This document shows, one piece after another, positions 47,454 to 60,934 of a stretch of 64,000 nt of DNA. The notes below the pieces were generated by a model, which ran no database searches, was not told where the DNA came from, and saw nothing but the letters and a program-made list of their open reading frames with translations. The stretch spans positions 96,001-160,000 of the forward strand of contig JBGAML010000006.1 in the NCBI GenBank assembly GCA_044223005.1, written 5' to 3'. Each line of letters opens with the position of its first letter. Position 1 is the stretch's first letter. This stretch comes from Candidatus Eiseniibacteriota bacterium (GTDB taxonomy: Bacteria; Eisenbacteria; RBG-16-71-46). A program made the position numbers and the translations under genes.

Positions 47454-50128
47454 GCGATCTCGTTCGAGTCACGATCGACGACCGCGTCGTCGAGGTGCCC
47501 AAGGGCACGCTGATCACCGAGGCGGCGCGCGCCGCCGAGATCCACGTCCCGGTCTTCTGCTCGCACGACAAGCTGCAGCCGCTCGGCGCGTGCCGCATCT
47601 GCGTCGTCGAGGTCGGCACGCCGAAGCTGGGTCCGGACCGCAAGCCGGTCGTCGGACCCGACGGACGGCCCGAGATCGCGTGGATGCCCAAGGTGCAGAC
47701 GGGCTGCACCACGCCGGTCAGCGACGGCATGGTCGTGCGCACGCAGTCCGCGGCCGCGACCAAGGCGCGCAAGGGCGTGATGGAGTTCCTGCTCGTGAAC
47801 CACCCGCTCGACTGCCCCGTCTGCGACGAGGGCGGCGAGTGCCAGCTGCAGGACCTCGCGTTCTCGTTCGGCCAGGACTTCTCGCGGATGGACGAGGCCA
47901 AGCGCACGTTCGATTCCGAAGACCTCGGGCCCATCGTCAAGAAGGAAGCGAACCGCTGCATCGTCTGCCTGCGCTGCGTGCGCTACTGCGACGAGGTCAT
48001 GGGTGAGGACGCGCTCACGGCCCACCAGCGCGGCGTGCACACCGAGATCTCGTCGTTCGACCGCCAGCCGCTCGCGTGCGAGCAGTGCGGCAACTGCGTC
48101 GAGGTCTGCCCGGTCGGCGCGCTGACGGCGCTGCCGTACCGGTTCAAGGCGCGGCCATGGGACCTGCGCCAGCACATCAGCATCTGCCCGTGGTGCAGCA
48201 ACGGCTGCTCGGTCCGCCTCGGCGTGCGCGGCATGGAGATCCTGCGTGCGCGCGGCACCGAGTTCCGCGGCGTGAACCAGGAGTTCCTCTGCGCACGCGG
48301 CCGCTTCGGCTACGACTGGGTGAACGCGCCGGAGCGGCTGACCTCGCCGCTGGTGCGTCAGGGCGGTGCGCTGCAGCCCGCCTCGCTCGACGCGGCGATC
48401 GCCGAGGTGTCGTCGCGCCTGCGCGACATCGCGGCCACGCACGGGGCGCAGTCGATCGCGTTCCTCGGCGGCGAGCGGCTCAACGTCGAGGAGCAGTACC
48501 TGTTCGGCAAGCTCGCCCGCGCCGTCGTGGGCACGCCCCACGTGGACGCGCGCACGCGCGCGACCTCGCGCACGACCGCTGCGGCGATCCTGCGCGCCAC
48601 CGGTGGCGGCCGGCCCTCGCTGACGTTCGACGAGCTGGTCGAGGCGCAGGAAGTGCTCGTGCTGTTCGACGACCTGCAGGGCGAGTCGCCGTTCGCACAG
48701 GCGTGCGTGATCCGCGGCCAGCACCAGAAGGGGCTGCACGTCACGGTCGCGCACCCGCGCCGCGTCAAGCTCGCGCGCGCGAAGTTCAAGGGTGACTGGC
48801 TGGGCGCGAAGCCCGGCAGCGAGCTCGCGCTGCTGCACGGCCTCACGCGTGCGGCGCTCGACCTGGGCGAACCCGCGGGCCTGCCCGCGGAGATCGCGTG
48901 GAACCTGCCGGCGCTCAAGGCCGGCCTCGCGGAGTGGACGCTGCAGCGCGCCGAAACCGAGACCGGCGTGCCCGCGGCGGTCATGACCGCCGCGGTGAAG
49001 CGACTGCGCGACGCGCAGCGGCGCGCGGTGCTCTTCGGCCGCGGCGTCGTGGAGCATCCGCAGGCGGCGGCGCTGCTGCAGGCGATCGAGAACTTCGCGT
49101 GGCTCTCCGGCGCGATCACGGGCGAGAAGTCGTCCGTCATGTTCGCCGGCGGCCAGAGCAACTCGCAGGGCGCGCTCGACATGGGCCTCGCGCCCGACTG
49201 CCTGCCCGGCTACGTGCCGGTGGCGGATGCCGACGGCCGCGGCGCGTACGAGAAGGCGTGGGGGCGCGACCTCGATCGCGAGCCCGGCCTGTCGGCGCCC
49301 GAGGTGCTCGAGGCCGCGGCCGCCGGCAAGATCAAGGCGCTCTGGATCGTCGGCGACGACTGGCTCGCCAGCGCACCGGATCGCGCGAAGGCCGAGGCGG
49401 CGCTCGCGAAGCTCGACCTCGTGGTCGTGAACGAGCTCTTCCTCACGCCGACCGCGCAGCAGGCGCACGTCGTGTTCCCGGTGGCCGCGTTCGCCGAGAA
49501 GGACGGCGCCGTGACCAACTGCGAGCGCCGGATCCAGAAGGCGACCCGCGCCATCTCGCCGCGCCGCGGCACGCGCGCGGACTGGGAGATCTTCCAGATG
49601 GTCGGCCAGGCGATGGGCGCCGAGTGGCGCTACCGCACGGCCGAGGACGTGTTCCGAGAGATCGCCCGCGTCGTGCCCGGCTACCAGGGCACGAGCTGGG
49701 CGGCGCTGATGCCGGACGGCCTGCAGTGGACCGGCACGCGTCTCGCGGGTTCGCTCGCGCACGCCTCCGGAACGAGCGGCGCCGCGGGTGACGGCCTGTG
49801 GCTGCTGGCCGGCGGCACGCTGTTCGCGCAGGGCACGCTCTCGGCGCGTTCGGCGACGTTGTCCGGGCTCGCGAAGGCGCCGCACGCGTTCGTCGCCCCG
49901 GCCGAGGCCTCGCGCCTCGGGCTGGCCGCGGGCGATCGCGTGTCGCTCGACGGGCCCGCGGGTTCGCTGGTGCTGCCGCTCGAAATCGACGATTCCGTGC
50001 CGCCGCAGGCGGTGTTCGTGCCGTACGCGCTCGCGGGTCGCGGGCTCGGCCGGCTCGGCGCACCGCAGGGAGCGGGGCTCAAGGTGAAGGTTCGCAAGGT
50101 GGCCGCGACCGAAACGGTCGGGGCGTAG
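47450..50128 (+). CDS. nuoG: NADH-quinone oxidoreductase subunit G (includes N7 motif CPWCSNGC)
   Basis: GACRIC, HPLDCPVCDEGGECQLQ, CIVCLRCVRYC, CGNCVEVCPVGAL. Confidence 0.96.
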   Translation: MSDLVRVTIDDRVVEVPKGTLITEAARAAEIHVPVFCSHDKLQPLGACRICVVEVGTPKLGPDRKPVVGPDGRPEIAWMPKVQTGCTTPVSDGMVVRTQSAAATKARKGVMEFLLVNHPLDCPVCDEGGECQLQDLAFSFGQDFSRMDEAKRTFDSEDLGPIVKKEANRCIVCLRCVRYCDEVMGEDALTAHQRGVHTEISSFDRQPLACEQCGNCVEVCPVGALTALPYRFKARPWDLRQHISICPWCSNGCSVRLGVRGMEILRARGTEFRGVNQEFLCARGRFGYDWVNAPERLTSPLVRQGGALQPASLDAAIAEVSSRLRDIAATHGAQSIAFLGGERLNVEEQYLFGKLARAVVGTPHVDARTRATSRTTAAAILRATGGGRPSLTFDELVEAQEVLVLFDDLQGESPFAQACVIRGQHQKGLHVTVAHPRRVKLARAKFKGDWLGAKPGSELALLHGLTRAALDLGEPAGLPAEIAWNLPALKAGLAEWTLQRAETETGVPAAVMTAAVKRLRDAQRRAVLFGRGVVEHPQAAALLQAIENFAWLSGAITGEKSSVMFAGGQSNSQGALDMGLAPDCLPGYVPVADADGRGAYEKAWGRDLDREPGLSAPEVLEAAAAGKIKALWIVGDDWLASAPDRAKAEAALAKLDLVVVNELFLTPTAQQAHVVFPVAAFAEKDGAVTNCERRIQKATRAISPRRGTRADWEIFQMVGQAMGAEWRYRTAEDVFREIARVVPGYQGTSWAALMPDGLQWTGTRLAGSLAHASGTSGAAGDGLWLLAGGTLFAQGTLSARSATLSGLAKAPHAFVAPAEASRLGLAAGDRVSLDGPAGSLVLPLEIDDSVPPQAVFVPYALAGRGLGRLGAPQGAGLKVKVRKVAATETVGA

Positions 50129-50137
50129 GGAGCAGGG

Positions 50138-51695
<1,558 letters not shown>

Positions 51696-51699
<4 letters not shown>

Positions 51700-51998
51700 T
51701 CCCGATCAGCTGGAGCCTGGCGCTCAGCGCCGTGCTGTTCACCATCGGCGTGGCCGGCGTGCTGGTGCGCCGCAACGCGCTCGTCATCTTCATGTCGATC
51801 GAGATCATGCTGAACGCGGCGAACCTCGCGTTCGTGGCGTTCGCGCAGCAGATGCATTCGCTCGACGGGCAGATCTTCGTCTTCTTCGTCATGACCGTGG
51901 CCGCCGCCGAGGTGGCCGTCGGGCTCGCCATCATCGTCAACGTCTTCCGTCTCCGCGAGACGGTCTTCGTCGACGAGATCAATCTCCTGAAGGGCTAG
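51696..51998 (+). CDS. nuoK: NADH-quinone oxidoreductase subunit K
   Basis: [29 protein letters not shown]. Confidence 0.97.
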
Positions 51999-52005
51999 GA
52001 CGGCC

Positions 52006-54075
52006 GTGAACCTCCCGATGCTCTGGATCATCCCGGCGCTGCCGCTCGCCGCGGTCGCGCTGAACCTGCTGTTCGGGGACCGCCTCGGCAAGCAGGGCAC
52101 GTTCTGGCTCGCCTGCGGTGCGGTCGGGCTCGCGTTCCTCGCGGCGGTGCGGGCGGTGGTGACGCTCGCGGGCCTGCCGGTCGAGGAGCGCCACATCGTC
52201 GAGACCGCCTGGACGTGGATGCAGGTCGGCGACTTCAAGGCCGAGGTCTCGTTCCTGCTCGATCCGCTCTCGAGCATCATGGTGCTCGTGGTGACGGGCG
52301 TCGGGTTCCTGATCCACGTGTACTCCACCGGCTACATGGCGGACGACCCGTCGGTGCGGCGGTTCTTCCTCTACCTGAACCTCTTCATGTTCGCCATGCT
52401 CACGCTGGTGCTGGCGGACAACTTCCTGCTCATGTTCGTGGGCTGGGAGGGCGTCGGCCTCTGCTCGTACCTGCTGATCGGCTTCTGGTACGAAAAGCAG
52501 TCGGCCACCGACGCCGGCAAGAAGGCGTTCATCGTCAACCGCATCGGCGACTTCGGCTTCGTGCTCGGCCTGATGTTCGTGATCGCCTACACGGGCTCGG
52601 TCAACTACGAGCGCGTGTTCGCGGCGGCCCCGCACGTGTTCCCGGCCGCGACGGGCGGCCTGGGTGGCGCGCTCGCGGCGCTGTTCTCGGGCCACGGCCT
52701 GCCGGTGATCACCGTCGCCACGCTGCTGCTGTTCCTCGGCGCCACGGGCAAGAGCGCGCAGCTGCCGCTCTACGTCTGGCTGCCGGACGCCATGGAGGGC
52801 CCGACGCCGGTGTCCGCCCTCATCCACGCGGCGACGATGGTCACCGCGGGCGTCTACATGGTCGTGCGCAGCCACGTGCTGTTCCTGCTCTCGCCGCCCA
52901 GTATGGAGGTGGTCGCGATCATCGGCGCCGCCACCGCGCTCATGGCCGCGACGATCGGGCTCGCGCAGAACGACATCAAGCGCGTGCTGGCCTACTCCAC
53001 GGTCAGCCAGCTCGGCTACATGTTCTTCGCCTGCGGCGTGGGCGCTTTCGGCGCCGGCATCTTCCACGTGATGACGCACGCCTTCTTCAAGGCGCTGCTC
53101 TTCCTCGGCGCCGGCTCCGTGATCTACGGCATGCACCACGAGCAGGACATGCGCAAGATGGGCGGGCTCGCGTCCAAGATGCCCGTCACGCACATGACCA
53201 TGCTGGTCGCGACGATCGCGATCGCGGGCATCCCGCCGTTCGCCGGCTTCTTCAGCAAGGACGAGATCCTGCACATGGCGTTCGCGACCGGCCACTACGG
53301 CATCTGGATCGCGGGCGTGCTCGGCGCCGTGCTGACGGCGTTCTACATGTTCCGGCTCTACATCCTCACGTTCCGCGGCACGCCGCGCTTCGAGGAGCAC
53401 GCCGCCGATCAGCTGCACCACGGCCACGTGCAGGCCGAGCACGCGGCGCACGGCCACGACGCGCACGGCCACGGGCACGACGACCACGGTCACGACCACG
53501 GCCACGGCGGCCCCGTGAAGGAATCGCCCTGGAACATGACGCTGCCGCTTTCGGTGCTCGCCGTGCTGTCGGTGGTCGGCGGCTTCGTCGGCGTGCCCTT
53601 CCAGGAGGGCGGCCACGTGCTCGACCGCTGGCTGCGCCCGGTGATGGAGGGCGGCGTCGAGCCCGTGCACGTGAACGAGATGTCGCACGCGGGCGAGTGG
53701 GGCCTGATCGGCCTGTCGGTCGCGGTGGCGCTGTTCGGCATCGCGATGGCGTTCCGCTTCTACCTGCAGCAGCCCGCGATCGCGACGGGCCTGCAGCAGC
53801 GCTTCGCCGGCCTGCACCGCACCCTCGAGAACAAGTACTACGTCGACGAGTTCTACTGGGCCACGGTGGTGAACCCCATCCACCGCGCCTCGGTCGGCCT
53901 GTGGAAGTTCTGGGACGAGGTGGTCGTCGACGGCACCGTGAACGGTGTCGGCGCGGTCGCCGAGGTGGTCTCGAGCCTCCTGCGCATCTTCCAGACCGGT
54001 TACGTGGGCACCTACGCGCTGTTCCTGGCGGTCGGCGTGCTCGCCCTGCTCATTCATTTCCTCGTGAGGCCGTAA
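52006..54075 (+). CDS. nuoL: NADH-quinone oxidoreductase subunit L (His-rich loop)
   Basis: WEGVGLCSYLLIGFW, NRIGD, KSAQLPLYVWLPDAMEGPTPVSALIHAATMV, THAFFKALLF. Confidence 0.97.
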   Translation: MNLPMLWIIPALPLAAVALNLLFGDRLGKQGTFWLACGAVGLAFLAAVRAVVTLAGLPVEERHIVETAWTWMQVGDFKAEVSFLLDPLSSIMVLVVTGVGFLIHVYSTGYMADDPSVRRFFLYLNLFMFAMLTLVLADNFLLMFVGWEGVGLCSYLLIGFWYEKQSATDAGKKAFIVNRIGDFGFVLGLMFVIAYTGSVNYERVFAAAPHVFPAATGGLGGALAALFSGHGLPVITVATLLLFLGATGKSAQLPLYVWLPDAMEGPTPVSALIHAATMVTAGVYMVVRSHVLFLLSPPSMEVVAIIGAATALMAATIGLAQNDIKRVLAYSTVSQLGYMFFACGVGAFGAGIFHVMTHAFFKALLFLGAGSVIYGMHHEQDMRKMGGLASKMPVTHMTMLVATIAIAGIPPFAGFFSKDEILHMAFATGHYGIWIAGVLGAVLTAFYMFRLYILTFRGTPRFEEHAADQLHHGHVQAEHAAHGHDAHGHGHDDHGHDHGHGGPVKESPWNMTLPLSVLAVLSVVGGFVGVPFQEGGHVLDRWLRPVMEGGVEPVHVNEMSHAGEWGLIGLSVAVALFGIAMAFRFYLQQPAIATGLQQRFAGLHRTLENKYYVDEFYWATVVNPIHRASVGLWKFWDEVVVDGTVNGVGAVAEVVSSLLRIFQTGYVGTYALFLAVGVLALLIHFLVRP

Positions 54076-55628
<1,553 letters not shown>

Positions 55629-55632
<4 letters not shown>

Positions 55633-57098
55633 ACGCGCTGCAGGTGTCCGGGCTGCTGCCCGTGGACTGGTGGGTGCTCGGGCCGTCGATCGCGCTCACG
55701 CTGGGCGCGATCCTGCTCATGCTCATGGAGCTCGTGCCGCCGCGCGAGAACGGCAACCGTGGCGGGATCGTCTCGCTGCTGACGCTCGGCGCGGCCGCGT
55801 GGTCGGTGCTGCGCGTGGCGCACGACAAGCGTGGGCTCTTCGACGGCATGTTCGTGCACGACCCGATGACGGTGTTCTTCACGCTGCTCTTCTGCGCCGT
55901 CGGCGTGCTGTCGGTGCTGAGCTCCTGGGATTACCTCAAGCGCACGAAGATCAACCAGGCCGAATACTACGTGCTGCTGCTCTGCAGCATCCTCGGCATG
56001 ATCGTGATGGCCGCATCCAACGACCTCATCACGATCTTCCTCGGCCTCGAGCTCATGTCGCTCTCGCTCTACGTGATGGTGGGCTTCCGCCGCGTGCGGC
56101 TCGAGTCCAACGAGGCGGCGCTCAAGTACTTCCTGCTCGGCGCGTTCGCGTCCGGGTTCCTGCTCTACGGCATCGCGCTGCTCTACGGCGCGACCGGGAC
56201 CACTTCGCTGCCGAAGATCGGCGCGTTCCTGACCGGGTCGCCGCTCGCGCACCAGCCGCTGGCGCTGCTGGGCGCCGTGCTCGTGTTCGTGGGCTTCGGT
56301 TTCAAGGTCGCGGCGGTGCCCTTCCACATGTGGACGCCGGACGCCTACGAGGGCGCGCCGACGTCGGTCACCGGCTTCATGTCGGCGGGCGCCAAGGCCG
56401 CCGGCTTCGCGGCCCTGCTGCGCGTGCTGCTCCGCGCCATGGGCCCCATGCCCGGCGACTGGACCACGCTGCTCGCCGTGCTCGCGTTCCTCACCATGAC
56501 CGTCGGCAACCTGACCGCGCTCGCGCAGCAGAACCTGAAGCGCATGCTCGCCTACTCGAGCATCGCGCACGCGGGCTACATCCTCGTGGCGCTCGCCGCC
56601 GGCGGCGAGGAGGGCGCGGCCGCCGCGGTGTTCTACCTCGCGGTCTACTCGTTCATGAACCTCGGCGCCTTCGCGGTGCTGACGCTGCTGGGCGAGGGCC
56701 GCGACGAGCGCGTGCTGCGCTCGGACCTGGCCGGCCTGGGCTTCCGCCAGCCGCTGCTCGGGCTCGCGATGACGATCTTCATGATCTCGCTGGGCGGCAT
56801 CCCGCCGACGGCGGGCTTCATGGGCAAGGTGGTCGTGTTCGGCGCCGCGCTGCGCCGCCCCGAGCTGCTCTGGCTCGTGATCGCCGGCGTGCTGAACAGC
56901 GTCGTGTCGGTCTACTACTACCTGCAGGTCACGGTCGCGATGTACATGAAGGCGCCCGAGGGCGAGGGCACGCACGTCTCGTGGGGGCCGGCCGCGGTGG
57001 TCGCGGTGCTGCTCTCGCTGGCCGCGACGCTCTACTTCGGCCTGCAGGCGCACGGCCTCTGGATGCAGGCGCAGGGCGCGATCCAGAACCTGCTCTAG
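55629..57098 (+). CDS. nuoN: NADH-quinone oxidoreductase subunit N
   Basis: EAALKYFLLG, FKVAAVPFHMWTPDAYEGAP, KRMLAYSSIAHAGY, GIPPTAGF. Confidence 0.97.
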
Positions 57099-57111
57099 CC
57101 GCGCGAGGCTT

Positions 57112-57153
57112 CGCGGGCCCGGCTCCGTCGCACGGAGCCGGGCCCGCGCGTTT
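57112..57153. terminator. Terminator hairpin at the end of the nuo operon (convergent with moeA)
   Basis: 17-bp stem CGCGGGCCCGGCTCCGT-CGC-ACGGAGCCGGGCCCGCG then CGTTT. Confidence 0.75.
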
Positions 57154-58400
57154 CAGGCCATCGCCCCCGGCAGGCGCAGCACCAGCGCCTCGGCGGTCTC
57201 GCCCGCGCGCAGCGCCTCCGCCTCGTGCGGCACCACGACCAGCGCGTGCGCGCGCGACTGCGGCGCCAGGTGGCCCGAGACCTGCGCGCCCGCCGCCGTG
57301 GCGACGAGGCCGCCGTCACGCCACGCGAGCTCGCAGCGCACGAAGTCCGTGCGCCCCGAGCGCGAGGCGAGGTCGTGCGCCATGCGCACCGGCACGCGCG
57401 GGCGGTCCACGTCGGCGAAGCCCTGCAGCCGCCGCAGCGCCGGGCGCACGAGCGCCTCGAACACGCACGCGACCGAGCCCGGGTTGCCGGGCAGGCCGAA
57501 GTAGACGCGGCCGCCCGGGCGTCCGAACGCCTGCGGCCGGCCCGGGCGCATCGCCACGCGGCCGAGCTCGATCCCACCGCGCGAGCGCAGCGCTTCCTTC
57601 ACCGGATCGAAGTCGCCGGCCGAGACGCCGCCGATCGTGAGCACCACGTCGGCGCGTTCCAGCGCGTCCTCGACCGCCGCGAGCACGCGCGCCGCGTCGT
57701 CGGGCAGGTGCGCCCCGATCGTCACCGTGGCGCCGGCTTCCTCGACCAGGCTCGCGAGCATGGGCAGGTTGCTGTCGCGGATCGCGCCGGGGCGCAGCGC
57801 GTCGCCGGGCGCCAGCAGTTCGTCGCCGGTCGAGAGCACCGCCACGCGCGGCTCGGGCCCCGCGAGCACCTCGGGATATCCGAGCGAGGCGAGCAGCGCG
57901 ATGTCGTGCGGCGAAAGCGCCCGGCCCGGCGACAGCACGAGCTTGCCCGGCGCCACGTCCGCGTCGGCCGCCCGGACGTGCTCGCCCGGGCGCGGCGGCT
58001 CGCCCGTGGTCATGGTCTCGCCGTCCGGGCCGCCGCCGCGCGTCCCGTGCTCGAACGGCACGATCGCGTCCGCGCCCGCGGGCAGCATCGCGCCCGTCAT
58101 GATGCGCATCGCCTCGCCGGGCTCGAGCGCGCGCGGCGGCACCGCACCGGCGGCGATCACCGCGACGACGGGCAGCGTGCGTGGCGCCCCCGGGCTCGCG
58201 CCCGCGAGATCGACGGTGCGCACCGCCCAGCCATCCATCGCCGAGTTGGCGAACGGGGGCAGCCCGTGGGGCGCGACGATCGGCTCGCGCAGCGCGCGGC
58301 CGCGGAGCGCCGCGAGCGGCGCGCGCACCGGCGCGAGCGGGGCGAGCCCGTCCAGCGCGCGGGCACGCGCCTGGGCGTAGGTCAGCTCGGGCGCCGTCAT
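57153..58400 (-). CDS. moeA: Molybdopterin molybdotransferase
   Basis: PPFANSAMDGWA, RIMTGAMLPAGADAIV, STGDEL, RDSN, GGVSAGDFD, GLPGNP. Confidence 0.95.
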   Translation of the reverse strand: MTAPELTYAQARARALDGLAPLAPVRAPLAALRGRALREPIVAPHGLPPFANSAMDGWAVRTVDLAGASPGAPRTLPVVAVIAAGAVPPRALEPGEAMRIMTGAMLPAGADAIVPFEHGTRGGGPDGETMTTGEPPRPGEHVRAADADVAPGKLVLSPGRALSPHDIALLASLGYPEVLAGPEPRVAVLSTGDELLAPGDALRPGAIRDSNLPMLASLVEEAGATVTIGAHLPDDAARVLAAVEDALERADVVLTIGGVSAGDFDPVKEALRSRGGIELGRVAMRPGRPQAFGRPGGRVYFGLPGNPGSVACVFEALVRPALRRLQGFADVDRPRVPVRMAHDLASRSGRTDFVRCELAWRDGGLVATAAGAQVSGHLAPQSRAHALVVVPHEAEALRAGETAEALVLRLPGAMA

Positions 58401-58975
58401 CGGCGCCGGCGGGCCGCCGCGCGTCCGGGCGTCGCCGCCGGGGGCGTGGCGCGCGTGCGCCGCGGCTTCGCGGTGCCCGCGGGCTCGCGCGGCACGGCGC
58501 GGCCACGCGTCCACGTGCCGCTCTTGCCGCCGCGCTTCTCCCACAGGGCGATCTCGCCGATCACCATGCCGCGGTCGATCGCCTTCAGCATGTCGTAGAT
58601 GGTCAGCGCGGCCGCCGCGACGGCGGTCAGCGCCTCCATCTCGACGCCGGTGCGGCCGCGGGTGCGCACGCGCACCTCGATCGCCACCGCCGGTCCCGGC
58701 GGTTCGAGCTCGAACGCCACGTCCACTGCCTCGACCGGCACGGGGTGGGCGAGCGGGATCAGGTCGCTGGTGCGCTTGGCGGCCATCACGGCCGCGAGGT
58801 GCGCGGCGGCGAGCACGTTGCCCTTGGGGCCGCGGTCGGCGCCGAGTCGTTCGAGCGTCTCGCGGCGCATCCAGACATGGCCGCGGGCGACGGCCTCGCG
58901 AAGCGTGGTCTTCTTCGCGCTCACGTCCACCATGCGGACGCGCCCGCGGGCGTCGATGTGGGAGAGACGAGCCAT
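58397..58975 (-). CDS. moaC: Cyclic pyranopterin monophosphate synthase
   Basis: MVDVSAK..T.REA, KGNVL, AAKRTSDLIPLAHP, TGVEMEAL, TIYDMLKA, KRGGKSG. Confidence 0.95.
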   Translation of the reverse strand: MARLSHIDARGRVRMVDVSAKKTTLREAVARGHVWMRRETLERLGADRGPKGNVLAAAHLAAVMAAKRTSDLIPLAHPVPVEAVDVAFELEPPGPAVAIEVRVRTRGRTGVEMEALTAVAAAALTIYDMLKAIDRGMVIGEIALWEKRGGKSGTWTRGRAVPREPAGTAKPRRTRATPPAATPGRAAARRRR

Positions 58976-59031
58976 GCGCGCGAGGGTAGGAGCCCCCCGC
59001 GCGCGCGGTCAAACCGGTGGGTGCGGCCGGA

Positions 59032-59502
59032 TCAGCGGTGCGGCGTGGGCGCCGGGCTGTCGTCGTTCGCCGCCCGGCGGACGAGCCACGACGAGAGCAG
59101 CAGCGCGAAGCCGACGAACGCGGGGATCGCGCCCACGGCCCAGGCGTTGGAGTCGCCGGCGTCGGCCAGGAAGTAGAGCATCACGCCGATGCCGATGCCG
59201 GCGAAGAGCGTCACGATGCCGCCCGTCATGAGATCGCGGGCGCGCTTGAGCGTCGCCTGGCGCGGCGACATGTAAACCGTCGCCACGTCCTCGTCGCCGC
59301 CCGAGAGGTCCGGCAGCGGCGGCAGCTTGGTCGGGTCGATGCCGCGCTCGATGGCCGCGATCCGTTCGCGCTGGGCGAGCTCGATCAGGCGGTGGCGGCT
59401 GATCGTCCGGACGATGCCGGCCGTGATGCCGCCCGCGACCGCAACGATGGGGATGGCGAAGATCATCATCGGAATCAGGATGCCGCCGTCGAAGTCGAAC
59501 AT
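59032..59502 (-). CDS. Membrane protein, DUF6249-like
   Basis: GAGAAGGAG RBS; TM helix then ERIAAIERG, two further TM helices, IPAFVGFALL. Confidence 0.75.
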   Translation of the reverse strand: MFDFDGGILIPMMIFAIPIVAVAGGITAGIVRTISRHRLIELAQRERIAAIERGIDPTKLPPLPDLSGGDEDVATVYMSPRQATLKRARDLMTGGIVTLFAGIGIGVMLYFLADAGDSNAWAVGAIPAFVGFALLLSSWLVRRAANDDSPAPTPHR

Positions 59503-59570
59503 GTCCCGCTCCTTCTCGTTGCCGGCCGGCTTTACCGGCCGCGGCCTGTCTCGTCCTGCGTGGTTGCCCG

Positions 59571-59600
59571 TTGGACGGACGGATCGCCGGGCGGGTTTCA
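59571..59600 (-). promoter_or_regulatory. ECF-sigma promoter for the DUF6249-like gene
   Basis: Minus strand TGAAAC-N13-CGTCCGTCCAA. Confidence 0.7.
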
Positions 59601-59645
59601 GGCCGGGATCGCGGACCGGTACAGTGGGCCCGGGAGGCGCCCCGT

Positions 59646-59676
59646 TGAAACCCCAGACCCCGGTTCGTCCGTCCAA
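59646..59676 (+). promoter_or_regulatory. ECF-sigma autoregulatory promoter
   Basis: TGAAAC-N14-CGTCCGTCCAA immediately upstream of the sigma start. Confidence 0.7.
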
Positions 59677-59683
59677 TGAGGTG

Positions 59684-60289
59684 ATGCCCGAGCCGGCCGC
59701 ACACCCGGCGGCGGCCACGCCGCCCGATTCGACGGCCCGGCAGGAGGCCGCCGCCCGCGAGCTCGTGGAGCGGGCGCGGCATCGCGACGAGGAGGCCTTC
59801 CGTATGCTGGTGGAGCTGCACCGGGACCGCGCCTACGGGCTCGCCCTCCGCATCACGCGCTCGCGCGCGGACGCCGAGGACGTGGCCCAGGAGGCGTTCG
59901 TGCGCGCGTGGGAGGCGCTACCGGGCTTCCGCGGCGAATCCACGTTCGGGACCTGGCTGCACCGGATCGTCGCCCGCCGCGCGCTCGACCGCGTCGACTC
60001 GCTGCGCCGCCGCCAGCGGCGCGAGCTCGACCTGGACGATGCCGCCGCCGAACCGGCGCCCGCGCCGGCGGCACGCGACCCGCTCCTCGCCGCGCGGCTG
60101 GAACGGCTGGTCGGGGATTTGAGCGCGCCGCAGCGCGCGGTGGTCTCGCTCTTCTACGGCCAGGACCAGCCGGTCGAGGCGATCGCCGCGACGCTCGGGC
60201 TGCCCGAGAACACGGTGAAGACCCACCTCGCGCGCGCCCGCGCGGCGCTGCGCGAAGCCTGGCTCGCCGGCGACGGGGAGACGACGTGA
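59684..60289 (+). CDS. ECF (sigma70 group 4) sigma factor
   Basis: DAEDVAQEAFVRAW, FRGESTFGTWLHRI, IAATLGLPENTVKTHLARAR. Confidence 0.93.
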   Translation: MPEPAAHPAAATPPDSTARQEAAARELVERARHRDEEAFRMLVELHRDRAYGLALRITRSRADAEDVAQEAFVRAWEALPGFRGESTFGTWLHRIVARRALDRVDSLRRRQRRELDLDDAAAEPAPAPAARDPLLAARLERLVGDLSAPQRAVVSLFYGQDQPVEAIAATLGLPENTVKTHLARARAALREAWLAGDGETT

Positions 60290-60876
60290 TGCACGACTGC
60301 ACGGCGTTCGAGCGCTGGCTGGACGACGGCCGGCCCGCCCTGCAGGCGGAGGCCGCGCACGCGCACGCCTCCGGCTGCGCGCGCTGCGCATCGCTGCTCG
60401 TGCTCGAGGACGCGCTCGCCGCGCCGTTCGCGGCGCCGGCGCCGCGCGGTTTCGCCGACGCGGTGATGCTCCGTGTCCGCGACGCCGAGCATCGCCGCGC
60501 GATCGCGCGCGCGCGGATCGAGGCGCCCGCCCCGTGGTGGGTGAGCGCGCCCGCCGAGCCCGCCGCCGCGCTCGCGCTCGTCGGTGCGTCGCTGCTGCTC
60601 TGGCGCGCCGCCGACGTCTGGCGCGGCGCCGTCGCGCTGGCGGGCACGTGTTCCGCGTGGGCGGCCGGTGCCGGGTTCACCGGCCTCACCGCCGCGCTCG
60701 GCGGGGCGTTCGCCCCGGCGCGGGCGCTCGGCGCGACCGCGCAGTCGACGCTGCTGTTCGTCGCCGGCACGGCGACGCTCGCCGCCGCGTGGGGGCTCTA
60801 CGCCGCCGCGGACCGGGTCGTCGCGCGGGCCAGCGGGTTCGTGCGCGGCGCCGGCACGCCCGCCACGCGGCGTTGA
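60286..60876 (+). CDS. Zinc-binding (ZAS) transmembrane anti-sigma factor
   Basis: C...HASGCARC (HxxxCxxC), PRGFADAVM, hydrophobic C-terminal helices; overlaps the sigma stop. Confidence 0.75.
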   Translation: MMHDCTAFERWLDDGRPALQAEAAHAHASGCARCASLLVLEDALAAPFAAPAPRGFADAVMLRVRDAEHRRAIARARIEAPAPWWVSAPAEPAAALALVGASLLLWRAADVWRGAVALAGTCSAWAAGAGFTGLTAALGGAFAPARALGATAQSTLLFVAGTATLAAAWGLYAAADRVVARASGFVRGAGTPATRR

Positions 60877-60902
60877 CACCCCGCGCCGCGAGCCCGTACC
60901 GT
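60873..60902 (+). promoter_or_regulatory. sigma70-like promoter
   Basis: TTGACA-N18-TACCGT. Confidence 0.55.
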
Positions 60903-60934
60903 CCCCGGACTCCCATGCCAGCACCGCACGCGTC

